Virus record (IMG/VR): IMGVR_UViG_3300032286_001748 | Reading direction: 5' to 3' (one strand) | From: an uncultured virus (IMG/VR IMGVR_UViG_3300032286_001748) | Lineage: Duplodnaviria; Heunggongvirae; Uroviricota; Caudoviricetes | DNA length: 64,000 bases | Part shown: positions 27,599 to 36,122 of the stretch, one piece after another | Numbering within the stretch: position 1 is the first letter of the stretch | Layout: each line of letters starts with the position of its first letter | Position numbers and translations under genes: made by a program | The notes under the pieces: model-generated | Seen by the model: the letters and a program-made list of their open reading frames with translations, nothing else | Database searches by the model: none | Told to the model about the DNA's origin: nothing

Positions 27599-28336
27599 TC
27601 ATCTCTTCCCGTGCGCCTGGAGGAACTCGGCCAGGGTCATCCCCTTCGCGGGGGGCTCTGGGGCCGGTTCTGGCGCCGGGGGACCGAAGATCCCCCCCGT
27701 GCGCGGAGGCCGCACCGGGGTGTCGGCCTGGGCCTGGCGCCGCGCGACCTCCTCCTCGGCGGGGTACTGCCGGGAGAGGATGGCGAACGCTCGCCAGCCG
27801 GTCGAGGTGAGCTTCGGCCCCCACGGGCTCGCAGTCGCCAGCCCGGCCTCGAGCAGTGCCCGGCTCGGCGTCTCGTCCTTCCGCTGCTTCGTCCCGATGC
27901 GGAGCAGATCGCGCACCGTGGCGCGCGACAGCTCGGCCAAGCCCTCGCGCAGCGCGATGTCGGTCTCGGTCTGGGCCAGACTCCAGCGCACCGCGCCCTC
28001 GTTCTTCCCCCCCACCGCGCTCTTCAAGAGATGACGGAGGCTCGCCGCGCTTCGACGCAGCGCGTCCAGATAGGTCTGGGGGCTGGAGGGAGCAGCCTGC
28101 GCGCGCACCGAAGTGTTTCCGACCTCGATCGTGTTCCCCACCTCGTACCCGGTGCGCTGGCGATCTCCCTTCCCGTACTCGTAGTCGGCGGGTTGCAGGA
28201 CATGGGTGATCTGAACCATGGCCCGCCACGGGCGGGTGGGGAGCACCTCGGTCAGGATGCCGACGTACTCGCCGTTCGCCGCCGTGAAGGCGTAGACGGA
28301 CTGGCCGAGGAGGGCGAGGGCTTCGTCGCGGTTCAC
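27599..28336 (-). CDS. hypothetical protein with C-terminal RTGGIFGP/MTLAEFL motif
   Basis: GTG 28336 (GTGA overlap); ends RTGGIFGP..KGMTLAEFLQAHGKR. Confidence 0.7.
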   Translation of the reverse strand: MNRDEALALLGQSVYAFTAANGEYVGILTEVLPTRPWRAMVQITHVLQPADYEYGKGDRQRTGYEVGNTIEVGNTSVRAQAAPSSPQTYLDALRRSAASLRHLLKSAVGGKNEGAVRWSLAQTETDIALREGLAELSRATVRDLLRIGTKQRKDETPSRALLEAGLATASPWGPKLTSTGWRAFAILSRQYPAEEEVARRQAQADTPVRPPRTGGIFGPPAPEPAPEPPAKGMTLAEFLQAHGKR

Positions 28337-29016
28337 AGCATCCCCCCGCCGCCCGGCCGCCATCCGTCGTCCACGACGGTGCCGTACCAATCGTCCAGCC
28401 CAAGCTCTCCCATCACCTCGTCCGCCATGCGCTCGGCTCGCGTGCAGTCGGAGGTCGGGAACGCGAGGAAGCGTTCATCGAGGAGCGGGTCGTTCGGGTC
28501 GGTGCCCGACAGGCGATGGTAGTTCCCACCCTCTTCAGCCGGCACCAGTACACACCACTCCCGCGCCAAGCGGCGCCAGACGGAAAGCATGGGGGCCGAG
28601 TGGTTCCACTTGTCGCTCACCACGATGAACCCGTTCTCCAGCAGCAGCGCGTAGAGCCGGTGCATGTGCCCCTTTCCACGATGCTCAGGCTTGGTGAAGG
28701 TGTTGTGCTCCGCGAACACCTGCGGATCCAGCGACAGCTCCCCCGCCGAGGCGCTCACGATCTTCCCGCGCACCTTGAGCTGGAGAATGTCCAGTTCCAG
28801 ATCGCCGTCCTCGTCCGGCTTACCCACACTGAACTGGACGAGCCCCTCGGGGCTCTCCACGAGCGGGGTCATCCTGCGGCGAGGGTGGGCCAGATCTGCG
28901 AACCCTTCCATCATGGCCCCTATCCTGGCCGGGCTCCCCGTGGCGCGCCGCGCCGCGCCGAGGGCCGCGAGCACGCCCACGGCGCCCAGCGCCAGCGGGA
29001 GGCCGGAGCGGCTCAT
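28333..29016 (-). CDS. tagged GNAT acetyltransferase
   Basis: Tag MSRSGLPLALGAVGVLAALGAARRATGSPA; TKPEHRGKGHMHRLY..SVWRRL. Confidence 0.78.
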   Translation of the reverse strand: MSRSGLPLALGAVGVLAALGAARRATGSPARIGAMMEGFADLAHPRRRMTPLVESPEGLVQFSVGKPDEDGDLELDILQLKVRGKIVSASAGELSLDPQVFAEHNTFTKPEHRGKGHMHRLYALLLENGFIVVSDKWNHSAPMLSVWRRLAREWCVLVPAEEGGNYHRLSGTDPNDPLLDERFLAFPTSDCTRAERMADEVMGELGLDDWYGTVVDDGWRPGGGGML

Positions 29017-29330
29017 CAGCGCATCCGGGAGCGGAGGTCGCGCTCCAGCAGCCGCGTGTCCACGCCCCGCTCCTGGCCTTCCTTGATCCGGGTCAGCAGA
29101 TCCCGGTTCTGCACCAGCGCGCGCTCTCGAATCTGCTTGATCTCCGACGGGCGACGACGCTCCCCCGCCGCGAACAGGGCTCCCACGTCGAACTGGAGGT
29201 CGGCCACGCGCTCCTCGAGGGTGGCGCGGCTCCCGTACAGCCCCGCCTTGTTCGCGGCCCCCACGGCGGCGACGGCGCCGACGATTCCGAGGGCGACGAG
29301 GGTGCCGTTGTCGAGGATCTTTCCAGCCAT
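29016..29330 (-). CDS. tagged small protein (MAGK subfamily)
   Basis: Tag MAGKILDNGTLVALGIVGAVAAVGAANKAGLYGSRA, near-identical DNA to the 25172-25648 tag. Confidence 0.75.
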   Translation of the reverse strand: MAGKILDNGTLVALGIVGAVAAVGAANKAGLYGSRATLEERVADLQFDVGALFAAGERRRPSEIKQIRERALVQNRDLLTRIKEGQERGVDTRLLERDLRSRMR

Positions 29331-29368
29331 GGAGGCTCCGAGGAGAAAGGAGAAGAGGGAAGGGGTGA

Positions 29369-30265
29369 CTATCTGCGCCCGAGCTGCGCGTCCACGCGCG
29401 CCGCGAACCGCGCGAAGCGCGGGTTGGTCGATCGCGATGCCGCGACCCCCTCGCCCTTCACCAGCGGGTGCAGCCCGTCCCCGCCGTACTGGGAGCCGGT
29501 CAGGTCAACCTCGCGCCCGCCGGGGAGGCGGTTCCAGGCGTGGGCCTGCCCGCGCACGGTGCCCTTCACGATCTCCCCGCCGAACCGGTCCTGCACGAGG
29601 TGCGCGGCCCCGTAGCAGTGCCCGGTGAGCGGGTCCTTCGCGCGCCTCCACGTCGCGGGGGCGTAGGCCGTGTCGGCCCGCGCGGCCTTGACCATCGCCG
29701 CGCGGAGGGTGCGGAGGGCGGCGTCGGTGGCGGGGGCGCGGTTGTAGCTCACTTCCTCGTCCACGACCTCGCCGCGCTCGAGGATGGCGTACCCGTCCCC
29801 CCGGTCGGTCACGGTGAAGCCGCGCCGCACCAGCATGGCCTGGGCGAGGGGGTTCACGGCCTCGATCACTGAGGCGTAGCCCATCCCCTCGTACTCCCGC
29901 GCGAGCTGGTCGGCCTCGTTGACCAGCCACCGCCCGATGCCGGTCCCCTGCACCGCGGGGTCGACGACGAAGTCGAAGCTGTAGCTCCCGCCGAGTTCGT
30001 CGAACAGCGCACCCACGACCTTCGACCCCTTATAGACGACGATCCGCAGGTTCTTGCTCCGCAGGATGCCGATGCCGACCTTCTTGGCGAGCGCGCGGGC
30101 CTTGGTCTCGCGCGCCTCGTCGCCGGGCTGGGAGTCGTCGTCGGAGAAGGTGGTGCTGCGGTAGCCCGCGGGGAGGGTGGAGCGGGCGCGGCTCCCGCGC
30201 CGCCCCAGCGCCGCCCCCACGGCGAGCGCGCCGACGAGGCCCAAGGTGAGGTCGCGTCCGTTCAT
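29369..30265 (-). CDS. tagged GNAT plus YunG-like domain protein
   Basis: Tag MNGRDLTLGLVGALAVGAALGRRGSRA; VVDPAVQGTGIGRWL; GHCYGAAHLVQDRFGGEI..HAWNRL..DLTGSQY. Confidence 0.78.
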   Translation of the reverse strand: MNGRDLTLGLVGALAVGAALGRRGSRARSTLPAGYRSTTFSDDDSQPGDEARETKARALAKKVGIGILRSKNLRIVVYKGSKVVGALFDELGGSYSFDFVVDPAVQGTGIGRWLVNEADQLAREYEGMGYASVIEAVNPLAQAMLVRRGFTVTDRGDGYAILERGEVVDEEVSYNRAPATDAALRTLRAAMVKAARADTAYAPATWRRAKDPLTGHCYGAAHLVQDRFGGEIVKGTVRGQAHAWNRLPGGREVDLTGSQYGGDGLHPLVKGEGVAASRSTNPRFARFAARVDAQLGRR

Positions 30266-30900
30266 GTGCCGTAGTCCAGAAGTCGGAAGGAGGTGTCGAG
30301 GTTGGGGGGTCGAACTTCTTGAGGAGCGATCTGGAGCTGGGCCGCGACCCGCTGCACCGCATCTGGGATCTGCTTCCGCATCGCCCGGTCGTGCGCGCTC
30401 CACTCTTGCAGCCTGTCTTCGGAGACTCCGTGCATGAGCCCCTTCACCTTCTGCATGACCACCCAACGCCCTTTCGGGTCGTACCCGAGGACGGGGACGA
30501 GGTGTTGGCGCTGGCGCGCGGTGGCGCGCTCCCAGCGCTTGGCTTCCGCGAGGCTGGAGCCGGACGGCTTCCCGTTCCAGTTCCAGAACTCCTCGTCGTC
30601 GTCCTTGGTGTGGTCGCCCATGCCCTGCTCGAGCTTCAAGACCCGCCCGTCTCCGAGGTCGAACGCGATGCGGAAGAGGCCGGTTCCGAGTACGGGGAGG
30701 CCGGTTCCCTGGATCCACGCATCGTACTCAGGAAAACCGTCCAACTGGTCGCATCCCATGCCGAAGCATCCCGTGTCGTGCGTCTTCGCCATCTTCCTGA
30801 CCATGCGCTGGAACGATGCGTAGAGCGCGTCGAAGCGACGACGGTCTGCGTCAGACACCGAGGCGGTTCCGTAGGTCGCGAGAAATTCGGAGAGGTTCAT
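30262..30900 (-). CDS. kinase-like protein with MNLSEFL N-terminus
   Basis: LGTGLFRIAF..VLKL..HLVPVLG..WVVMQKV..EVRPPN..LLDYG. Confidence 0.75.
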   Translation of the reverse strand: MNLSEFLATYGTASVSDADRRRFDALYASFQRMVRKMAKTHDTGCFGMGCDQLDGFPEYDAWIQGTGLPVLGTGLFRIAFDLGDGRVLKLEQGMGDHTKDDDEEFWNWNGKPSGSSLAEAKRWERATARQRQHLVPVLGYDPKGRWVVMQKVKGLMHGVSEDRLQEWSAHDRAMRKQIPDAVQRVAAQLQIAPQEVRPPNLDTSFRLLDYGT

Positions 30901-31124
30901 CGGGGGCTCCGGTTGTAGCGGATGCGCGGGTCGGTGGGGTCGAAGGTGCCTCGGAGAGAGGCGGGGAGGAGGTCGTTCCGGAGGGCCTCCGCGTTCCGGC
31001 CTCCACGAAGATCCAGTTCATCTTCGAGATCGTAGAGCGAGACGGATCGGCTCCCGAGGCGGGAGGCCGGGCCCGCAATTGCGAGCGCGGTGATGGTGAA
31101 GGGGGGGGGAAAGGAGCCGTTCAT
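30897..31124 (-). CDS. chimeric mini-gene (degenerate tag plus fragments of two other genes), possibly a pseudogene
   Basis: LRGGRNAEALRNDLLPA matches gene 20188; GTFDPTDPRIRYNRSPR matches the end of gene 33664. Confidence 0.6.
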   Translation of the reverse strand: MNGSFPPPFTITALAIAGPASRLGSRSVSLYDLEDELDLRGGRNAEALRNDLLPASLRGTFDPTDPRIRYNRSPR

Positions 31125-32584
31125 GGTTTCACCCGCGGGAGATCAAAGGCGAAGCCTGGGGCGTCAACCTGCTTCGGGGAGAGGCGCTCGACCTTCTGCA
31201 CCTTCGCGGGGTTGAACAGGACCACCCAATCCTCTCCCTCCTTGTGCTTGAGCGACGCGTCGATCCCGCGGCGACTCAAAAATGCCGCGAGGGCGGGCCC
31301 GTGTTGCCCGCTGGCCACGTCAGCCTTCACGAACGCGTTGACGAGCAGACTTGCGGGGAAGGGACCGCCCGCGCGAGCCGCGCCGCGTTCCAGCGTGTGG
31401 AGGATGTCCTCCCGGTCGCGCAGTCGGGAGAGGCCCCGGATCCATACGGTCGTGGCTGGCAGGGGGAGGCGCGCCTCTTCGAGCCAGCCCAGTGCTGGGT
31501 CCAACTCCATCCGGTAGACAGCCCCGCCGCCCATCGCGTAGAGACGAGCGCGCGACCAAGAGGTCGTGAGGTAGATGCCGGGCCCGTGCTCGGCGTGCCC
31601 CTTCCGGTGGGCCACGATTTGGGGTGGACCCTCCCATCGCTGGGAACCGTGGTAGAGGACGAGTGGCGCAGCCGCCTCGTGGCGGTTCGCCATGCCCCGA
31701 CCCTCCGTGAAGTAGATCCCAAAGCTGAGTTGCTCCTTCTTACGGTAGTTGGGACGGAAGGCGTCGAACTCTCCTGCCGTTGTTCCGTGGTGCACCACCA
31801 GAGGCTTCCCCTCCGAGTCCACCACCTTGCTGTCTCCGAACCAGCGTCGGAAGGCTGGGGTGGAGGTGGGGTCGGTCGGAGCCGGGGCTCGGTTTGTGCT
31901 TCCGCCCCCACCCCACACAATCACGGGCGTCCCGGCCTGCGCGAGCGCCTCCGGGTCATGGTCGTCCTCCTCGGCGCGCATGTAGTCGGGGTCGCCCACA
32001 TGGGGGTAGCGGCGGGCGAGCGTCGACCAGACGCGCATCGCCGCGTCCGACACGCTCCCCCGAGGGGCGCACCAGTGGGGCGAGACGGCGTAGCGGTCGG
32101 ACCATGCGGCTCGGATCAGTGCGTCGTACATCGCGGAACCGATGCCGCGTCCGTGGAGCCGGCTGTCCAGCTCCGTGTTCCCGACGAGGTAGAGGCCACG
32201 GACGATCCCGCGCCGCCGCAGATCGGCCAGCGCGTCGGCGCAGGCAGGGAGGATCCGGGAGTAGATCTGAGCATCGTCCGCGAGGACATACCCGAGGACG
32301 GCCTCGTCTCCCTCGTTCTGCATCGAGGTGTCCGCGTCAGGGTCCTCGAGCACGAAGACCGCGAGCTGCCGCCCGTACGGGTAGTCCATGCGCTGGGCGC
32401 GCAGCCAGAGACCGGTGTCTCCCGAGACGCGGCCGCGCTTCCGGATGGGCTCCTGGAGGAGGATCACCGGCTCTTGGGTCCACCCCATCTCCGCAGCCGC
32501 GGAGCGGGAGCCGCGGGCCCGCCCCAGCGCCGCCCCCAGCGCGAGCGCGCCCACCAGGCCGAGGGTCAGATCGCGTCCATTCAT
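31121..32584 (-). CDS. tagged GNAT plus two ART-like domains
   Basis: Tag MNGRDLTLGLVGALALGAALGRARGSRS; LHGRGIGSAMY; PAFRRWFGDSKVVDSEGKPLVVHHGT..GIYFT; LYHGS..HGPGIYLT. Confidence 0.8.
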   Translation of the reverse strand: MNGRDLTLGLVGALALGAALGRARGSRSAAAEMGWTQEPVILLQEPIRKRGRVSGDTGLWLRAQRMDYPYGRQLAVFVLEDPDADTSMQNEGDEAVLGYVLADDAQIYSRILPACADALADLRRRGIVRGLYLVGNTELDSRLHGRGIGSAMYDALIRAAWSDRYAVSPHWCAPRGSVSDAAMRVWSTLARRYPHVGDPDYMRAEEDDHDPEALAQAGTPVIVWGGGGSTNRAPAPTDPTSTPAFRRWFGDSKVVDSEGKPLVVHHGTTAGEFDAFRPNYRKKEQLSFGIYFTEGRGMANRHEAAAPLVLYHGSQRWEGPPQIVAHRKGHAEHGPGIYLTTSWSRARLYAMGGGAVYRMELDPALGWLEEARLPLPATTVWIRGLSRLRDREDILHTLERGAARAGGPFPASLLVNAFVKADVASGQHGPALAAFLSRRGIDASLKHKEGEDWVVLFNPAKVQKVERLSPKQVDAPGFAFDLPRVKP

Positions 32585-33267
32585 CGCGGCCACCGGGCCG
32601 GCTTCGACGGGGGTTCGCCGGTCCTCCCAAGGTGGGCATCGACTCGCGCGATCCCGCGGGCCACCTCCTTGTCTTGTTTCGCGATGCTCCGGATGGAGTG
32701 GGTCGGGGCGTAGACGAGGAAGTCCTCCTTCCGGTTTGACGCGGCGTACCCGTACTCCGGGTCTCGTCGCCCGAAACTCCACTTCGAGGAGGCGGGAACC
32801 GCGACCACGTTCCAGTAGTGGGAGACGCGGGGCTCTCCTCGGATCTCCCCGTTCGGATCCACGATGTAGTGTGCCGCGTCTTCCTTTACCTCGACCCAGT
32901 GGTGGTGCTCGTCTCGCCACACCTTGTCAAGCGGAAGCTCCTCGTCGCCCATCATCGTGCGCTTGTGGCGCAAGGAGGCTTCGCTGTCTTGCCACCAGTA
33001 CACGCCCACCCGGAGCTTGCGCGGGAGGCCGAGCCGGTCGCAGATCCACGCGAACACGGCCGCGCCCCCGTTGCAGGACCACACCCCGTCCGTCACCTCG
33101 CCCTTGATCTGCTCGAACAGCGCAACAGCGCGCCGCATCCGAGGCGAGAGGTCCGTGGCCTCCGGATTCCGCCACGGGGCCAGCTCGGAACGGCTCCCCC
33201 GCCGCCCCAGCGCCGCCCCCACGGCGAGCGCGCCGACGAGGGTGAGGGCGAGGGTCGATCCGTTCAT
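32581..33267 (-). CDS. tagged transglutaminase/papain-like protein
   Basis: Tag MNGSTLALTLVGALAVGAALGRRGSRS; WSCNGGA..HHWVEV..IVDP. Confidence 0.7.
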   Translation of the reverse strand: MNGSTLALTLVGALAVGAALGRRGSRSELAPWRNPEATDLSPRMRRAVALFEQIKGEVTDGVWSCNGGAAVFAWICDRLGLPRKLRVGVYWWQDSEASLRHKRTMMGDEELPLDKVWRDEHHHWVEVKEDAAHYIVDPNGEIRGEPRVSHYWNVVAVPASSKWSFGRRDPEYGYAASNRKEDFLVYAPTHSIRSIAKQDKEVARGIARVDAHLGRTGEPPSKPARWPR

Positions 33268-33284
33268 CGAAGACGGGCCGAGAC

Positions 33285-33611
33285 TCACGCGGTCCTCCGA
33301 TCCAGCGTGAACATCCAATCTCCCGTCCCCACCGCCTTCTTGACGGAGGCGACGACTTGGGGGTTCTTCCGGTGCAAGGTGTCCATCGCGCGCTTGAAGT
33401 CGCGCCGTCCCTCGGGCCCGTCCCAGTAGATCTCCCCTGCGACCTGCAAGACCGGGAAGCCGTCCTTGGACAGCTTCCGGTCCAGCACATGGAGGCCCTC
33501 GTCGATGGCGTCGAGCATGTACTGGTCCACCAGCTCGGTCGGAACCCGTGCAGGCGCCTTGGCGGGCGAGCCCTCGGGAGCGAGGAGGAGGGAGAGGTAG
33601 TCTACGGTCAT
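33285..33611 (-). CDS. hypothetical protein
   Basis: MTVDYLSLLLAPEGS; AAGGA RBS. Confidence 0.6.
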   Translation of the reverse strand: MTVDYLSLLLAPEGSPAKAPARVPTELVDQYMLDAIDEGLHVLDRKLSKDGFPVLQVAGEIYWDGPEGRRDFKRAMDTLHRKNPQVVASVKKAVGTGDWMFTLDRRTA

Positions 33612-33663
33612 GGCTGCGCTTCCTTGTTCGTTCGTGCGCGGACGAGGCGGATGTGACCCCCGT

Positions 33664-35559
33664 TTATCGGGGACTCCGGTTGTAGCTCAGCCGCGCGTCG
33701 TTCGGATCCCACGTCCCCACGTTCGGGCCCGACCCCGCGATGGGGGCGCGGTCGGTGCGCGAGAGGAGGGGGGCCGTGGCCGCGCTCTTGGCCTGGGTGG
33801 GCGAGAACCAGATGTAGACCGTGCCCGCGTTCGGGTACGGGTTGGCGCGCGTCGGCTTGGCTTTCCGCTTCGGAGGCCCGTGATACCAGTCCTCGCTGTT
33901 CCGGAGGATGAGCCCGTCGTGCCCTGCGGCGCGGGCCTGCTCGACCGCCGACTCCGTCCCGCGCCACACCTGTCCCCGACCGTCGAGGACCATCGGGTTC
34001 TGGATCGACAGGTAGAGCGGGACGACGCCCTCCTCGACCTGCTGGTAGTCCCCTGTGGCCCGATGGGGATCTGCGTAGCTGTTCGCCATGTCGTAGCGGT
34101 CGGTGGCGAAGTAGCTGTGGCCGCGCAGGGCCGACTTCCGGAACCCCTGCTGCACCAGCTCGCGGACATCCGGGGAGCCGTGGTACACAATGAGCGGCCT
34201 GCCGGCCCCGTCCACCACCTGGCTCGCCCCGAACCAGCGCCGGAAGGCCGGGCTGGAGGGGAGGTCGGTGGCGCGGCTCCCGCGCCGGTTCGCGCTCACC
34301 CGCGCATCCTCCGGATCGAAGGTCCCCGCGTTGTCGAGGGACTTGATCTGGGTCGGCTCGAGGGCGATCCACGCGTCGGACTGGTTGCTGTCGAAGTCGT
34401 CGCCTGTGACGAGGACCCCGTCGTACCCCTGGCGCCGCAGCGCGGCCCGGTAGTCCTCCACCGCGTTCGCGGCGATGGCGGTCCAGAGGGCGTCGGGGAG
34501 ATCGCGATGTCCGAGATCGACCCCATAGGCCTTCGCGAGCCGGGTGATGGATGCCTTCGGCAAGACTCGGATCTGCTCGATCCCCCGCTTGAGCGCCTCG
34601 CGGTCGTACGGGGGGAAGCCCCCCTTCTTTTGCTGCTCCTCATAGACGGTGGCCCACGCCGACCCCGGCTTTCGCGCCATCGCCTCGGCCTCCCGGTACA
34701 TCCGGCGCCACGCGCCAGGGCCGGCGAAGACCTTGGGGTTCTGGATGGAGAGCCAGTAGGCACGCACGCTCGGCCCATAGAGCGGGCCGGGGCGGCTGGC
34801 GAACCAGCTCCCGAGGGTGTCGATCTTCACCCACGCGCGCCGGCCCGCCTGCCGGGTCCGGTCGAACACCTCAAAGTTGGTGTCGTGCCCGCTGTGGTAG
34901 ACCACGCGCGGGCTCCCATCTGCCCACGCGACCGCGCTGCCCTTGAACCAGCGCCGGAAGGCGGGGCTGTCGGGGGCGCGCGGGGCGTCTACAGGGCGGC
35001 GCGGCACCTCGATCGGCCCCATCACCGCCGGCAGAGCCCCGTCGAACGCCATGTCGAGGAGCTTCGGGAGGGCCGCGCGCAGACCGGGGTGGAGATCATC
35101 GAGGTGGTTGACGAGGTCCTCCGCGCTCCACCACTGGGCGTCATCGTTCTCCCAGTTCAGGTTGATGAAGCGGCGCTCCATCGCGGCCGGCACCCGCACC
35201 ACCGAGGTGGTGTAGCGGAAGGACGAGGTGGGGCTTTGCCAGACAGAACTCCCCTGCACCTTCGCGTCGTCGGGGTCGATCTCCAGGCCCGTCTCCTCCT
35301 CCAGCTCCCGCAGGCCCGCGGTGAGGGCGTCCTCGCCGGGATCGACCGCGCCGCCCGGCAGGGCCCAGGTGCCGGGCTCCGTCACCTCGTCGGAGCGGAG
35401 CAGGACCAGCACCTTCCTCCCGGTCGTGAGCAGCACCCCGGCGCCCGCGCGGCCCCAGTGCCCGTCGCGCCCGAAGGCGCGCGAGCCAGAACGCGAGAGG
35501 GCGGCGGCGGCCGCGAGGACACCGACCGCGCCGAGGGTGAGGGGAAGTCCGGAGCGCAT
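33664..35559 (-). CDS. tagged Nudix hydrolase plus two ART-PolyVal-like domains
   Basis: Tag MRSGLPLTLGAVGVLAAAAALSRSGSRA; Nudix box GGAVDPGEDALTAGLRELEEETGL; two PAFRRWF..V.YH(S/G)..F..LSIQNP..GxDG domains. Confidence 0.85.
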   Translation of the reverse strand: MRSGLPLTLGAVGVLAAAAALSRSGSRAFGRDGHWGRAGAGVLLTTGRKVLVLLRSDEVTEPGTWALPGGAVDPGEDALTAGLRELEEETGLEIDPDDAKVQGSSVWQSPTSSFRYTTSVVRVPAAMERRFINLNWENDDAQWWSAEDLVNHLDDLHPGLRAALPKLLDMAFDGALPAVMGPIEVPRRPVDAPRAPDSPAFRRWFKGSAVAWADGSPRVVYHSGHDTNFEVFDRTRQAGRRAWVKIDTLGSWFASRPGPLYGPSVRAYWLSIQNPKVFAGPGAWRRMYREAEAMARKPGSAWATVYEEQQKKGGFPPYDREALKRGIEQIRVLPKASITRLAKAYGVDLGHRDLPDALWTAIAANAVEDYRAALRRQGYDGVLVTGDDFDSNQSDAWIALEPTQIKSLDNAGTFDPEDARVSANRRGSRATDLPSSPAFRRWFGASQVVDGAGRPLIVYHGSPDVRELVQQGFRKSALRGHSYFATDRYDMANSYADPHRATGDYQQVEEGVVPLYLSIQNPMVLDGRGQVWRGTESAVEQARAAGHDGLILRNSEDWYHGPPKRKAKPTRANPYPNAGTVYIWFSPTQAKSAATAPLLSRTDRAPIAGSGPNVGTWDPNDARLSYNRSPR

Positions 35560-35723
35560 CGGGGAGCACTAACGGGATGGCGCTGGACGCGCGATCCAGA
35601 TAGCCCCCCTTTGTCGTTGGCCGTCCGGTGAACGGCCCGGCTCGGAATCCGAAGCGGGAGACAACGCACAGTCCTGGCCGCGCCCTCCTGCCGAGAGGGG
35701 GCCGCGCGGCGCCCTTCGTGTCG

Positions 35724-36122
35724 TCAGGGGGCGTCGAGGACGGCGCCCGCACGCACAGATGCGAGCAGCGCCTCCAGTCGACGGAGCTGGATCTGTTCGT
35801 CCTTGATCCGATTCTCGATGTCCCGCACGAGCTTCCCTCGGGCTTCGGCTTCGGTCGCGAAGAAATGATACGAGAAGGTCTGCGTTACCCACTCCGGGTT
35901 GCACCCCGGCGCGTTGAGGAAGCTCGCCGCGTAGTAGGGGAACCTTCCATCTTCGACGCACCCGCCGTTGGGATCGTTGCAGCGGCCTGCGGTACGCACG
36001 GTCCCCGCTTGGATCCGGTCGTACTTCGGGCGGTACACCGTCGCGCCAACCACGAAGGCCTCCGCCTCTCGCTCCGCTTGGCGCTTCCATGCGGCCTCGT
36101 GCTCGGTGTCGAAGCGGCTCAT
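35724..36122 (-). CDS. hypothetical protein
   Basis: ATGA overlap with recA stop; MSRFDTEHEAAW. Confidence 0.6.
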   Translation of the reverse strand: MSRFDTEHEAAWKRQAEREAEAFVVGATVYRPKYDRIQAGTVRTAGRCNDPNGGCVEDGRFPYYAASFLNAPGCNPEWVTQTFSYHFFATEAEARGKLVRDIENRIKDEQIQLRRLEALLASVRAGAVLDAP

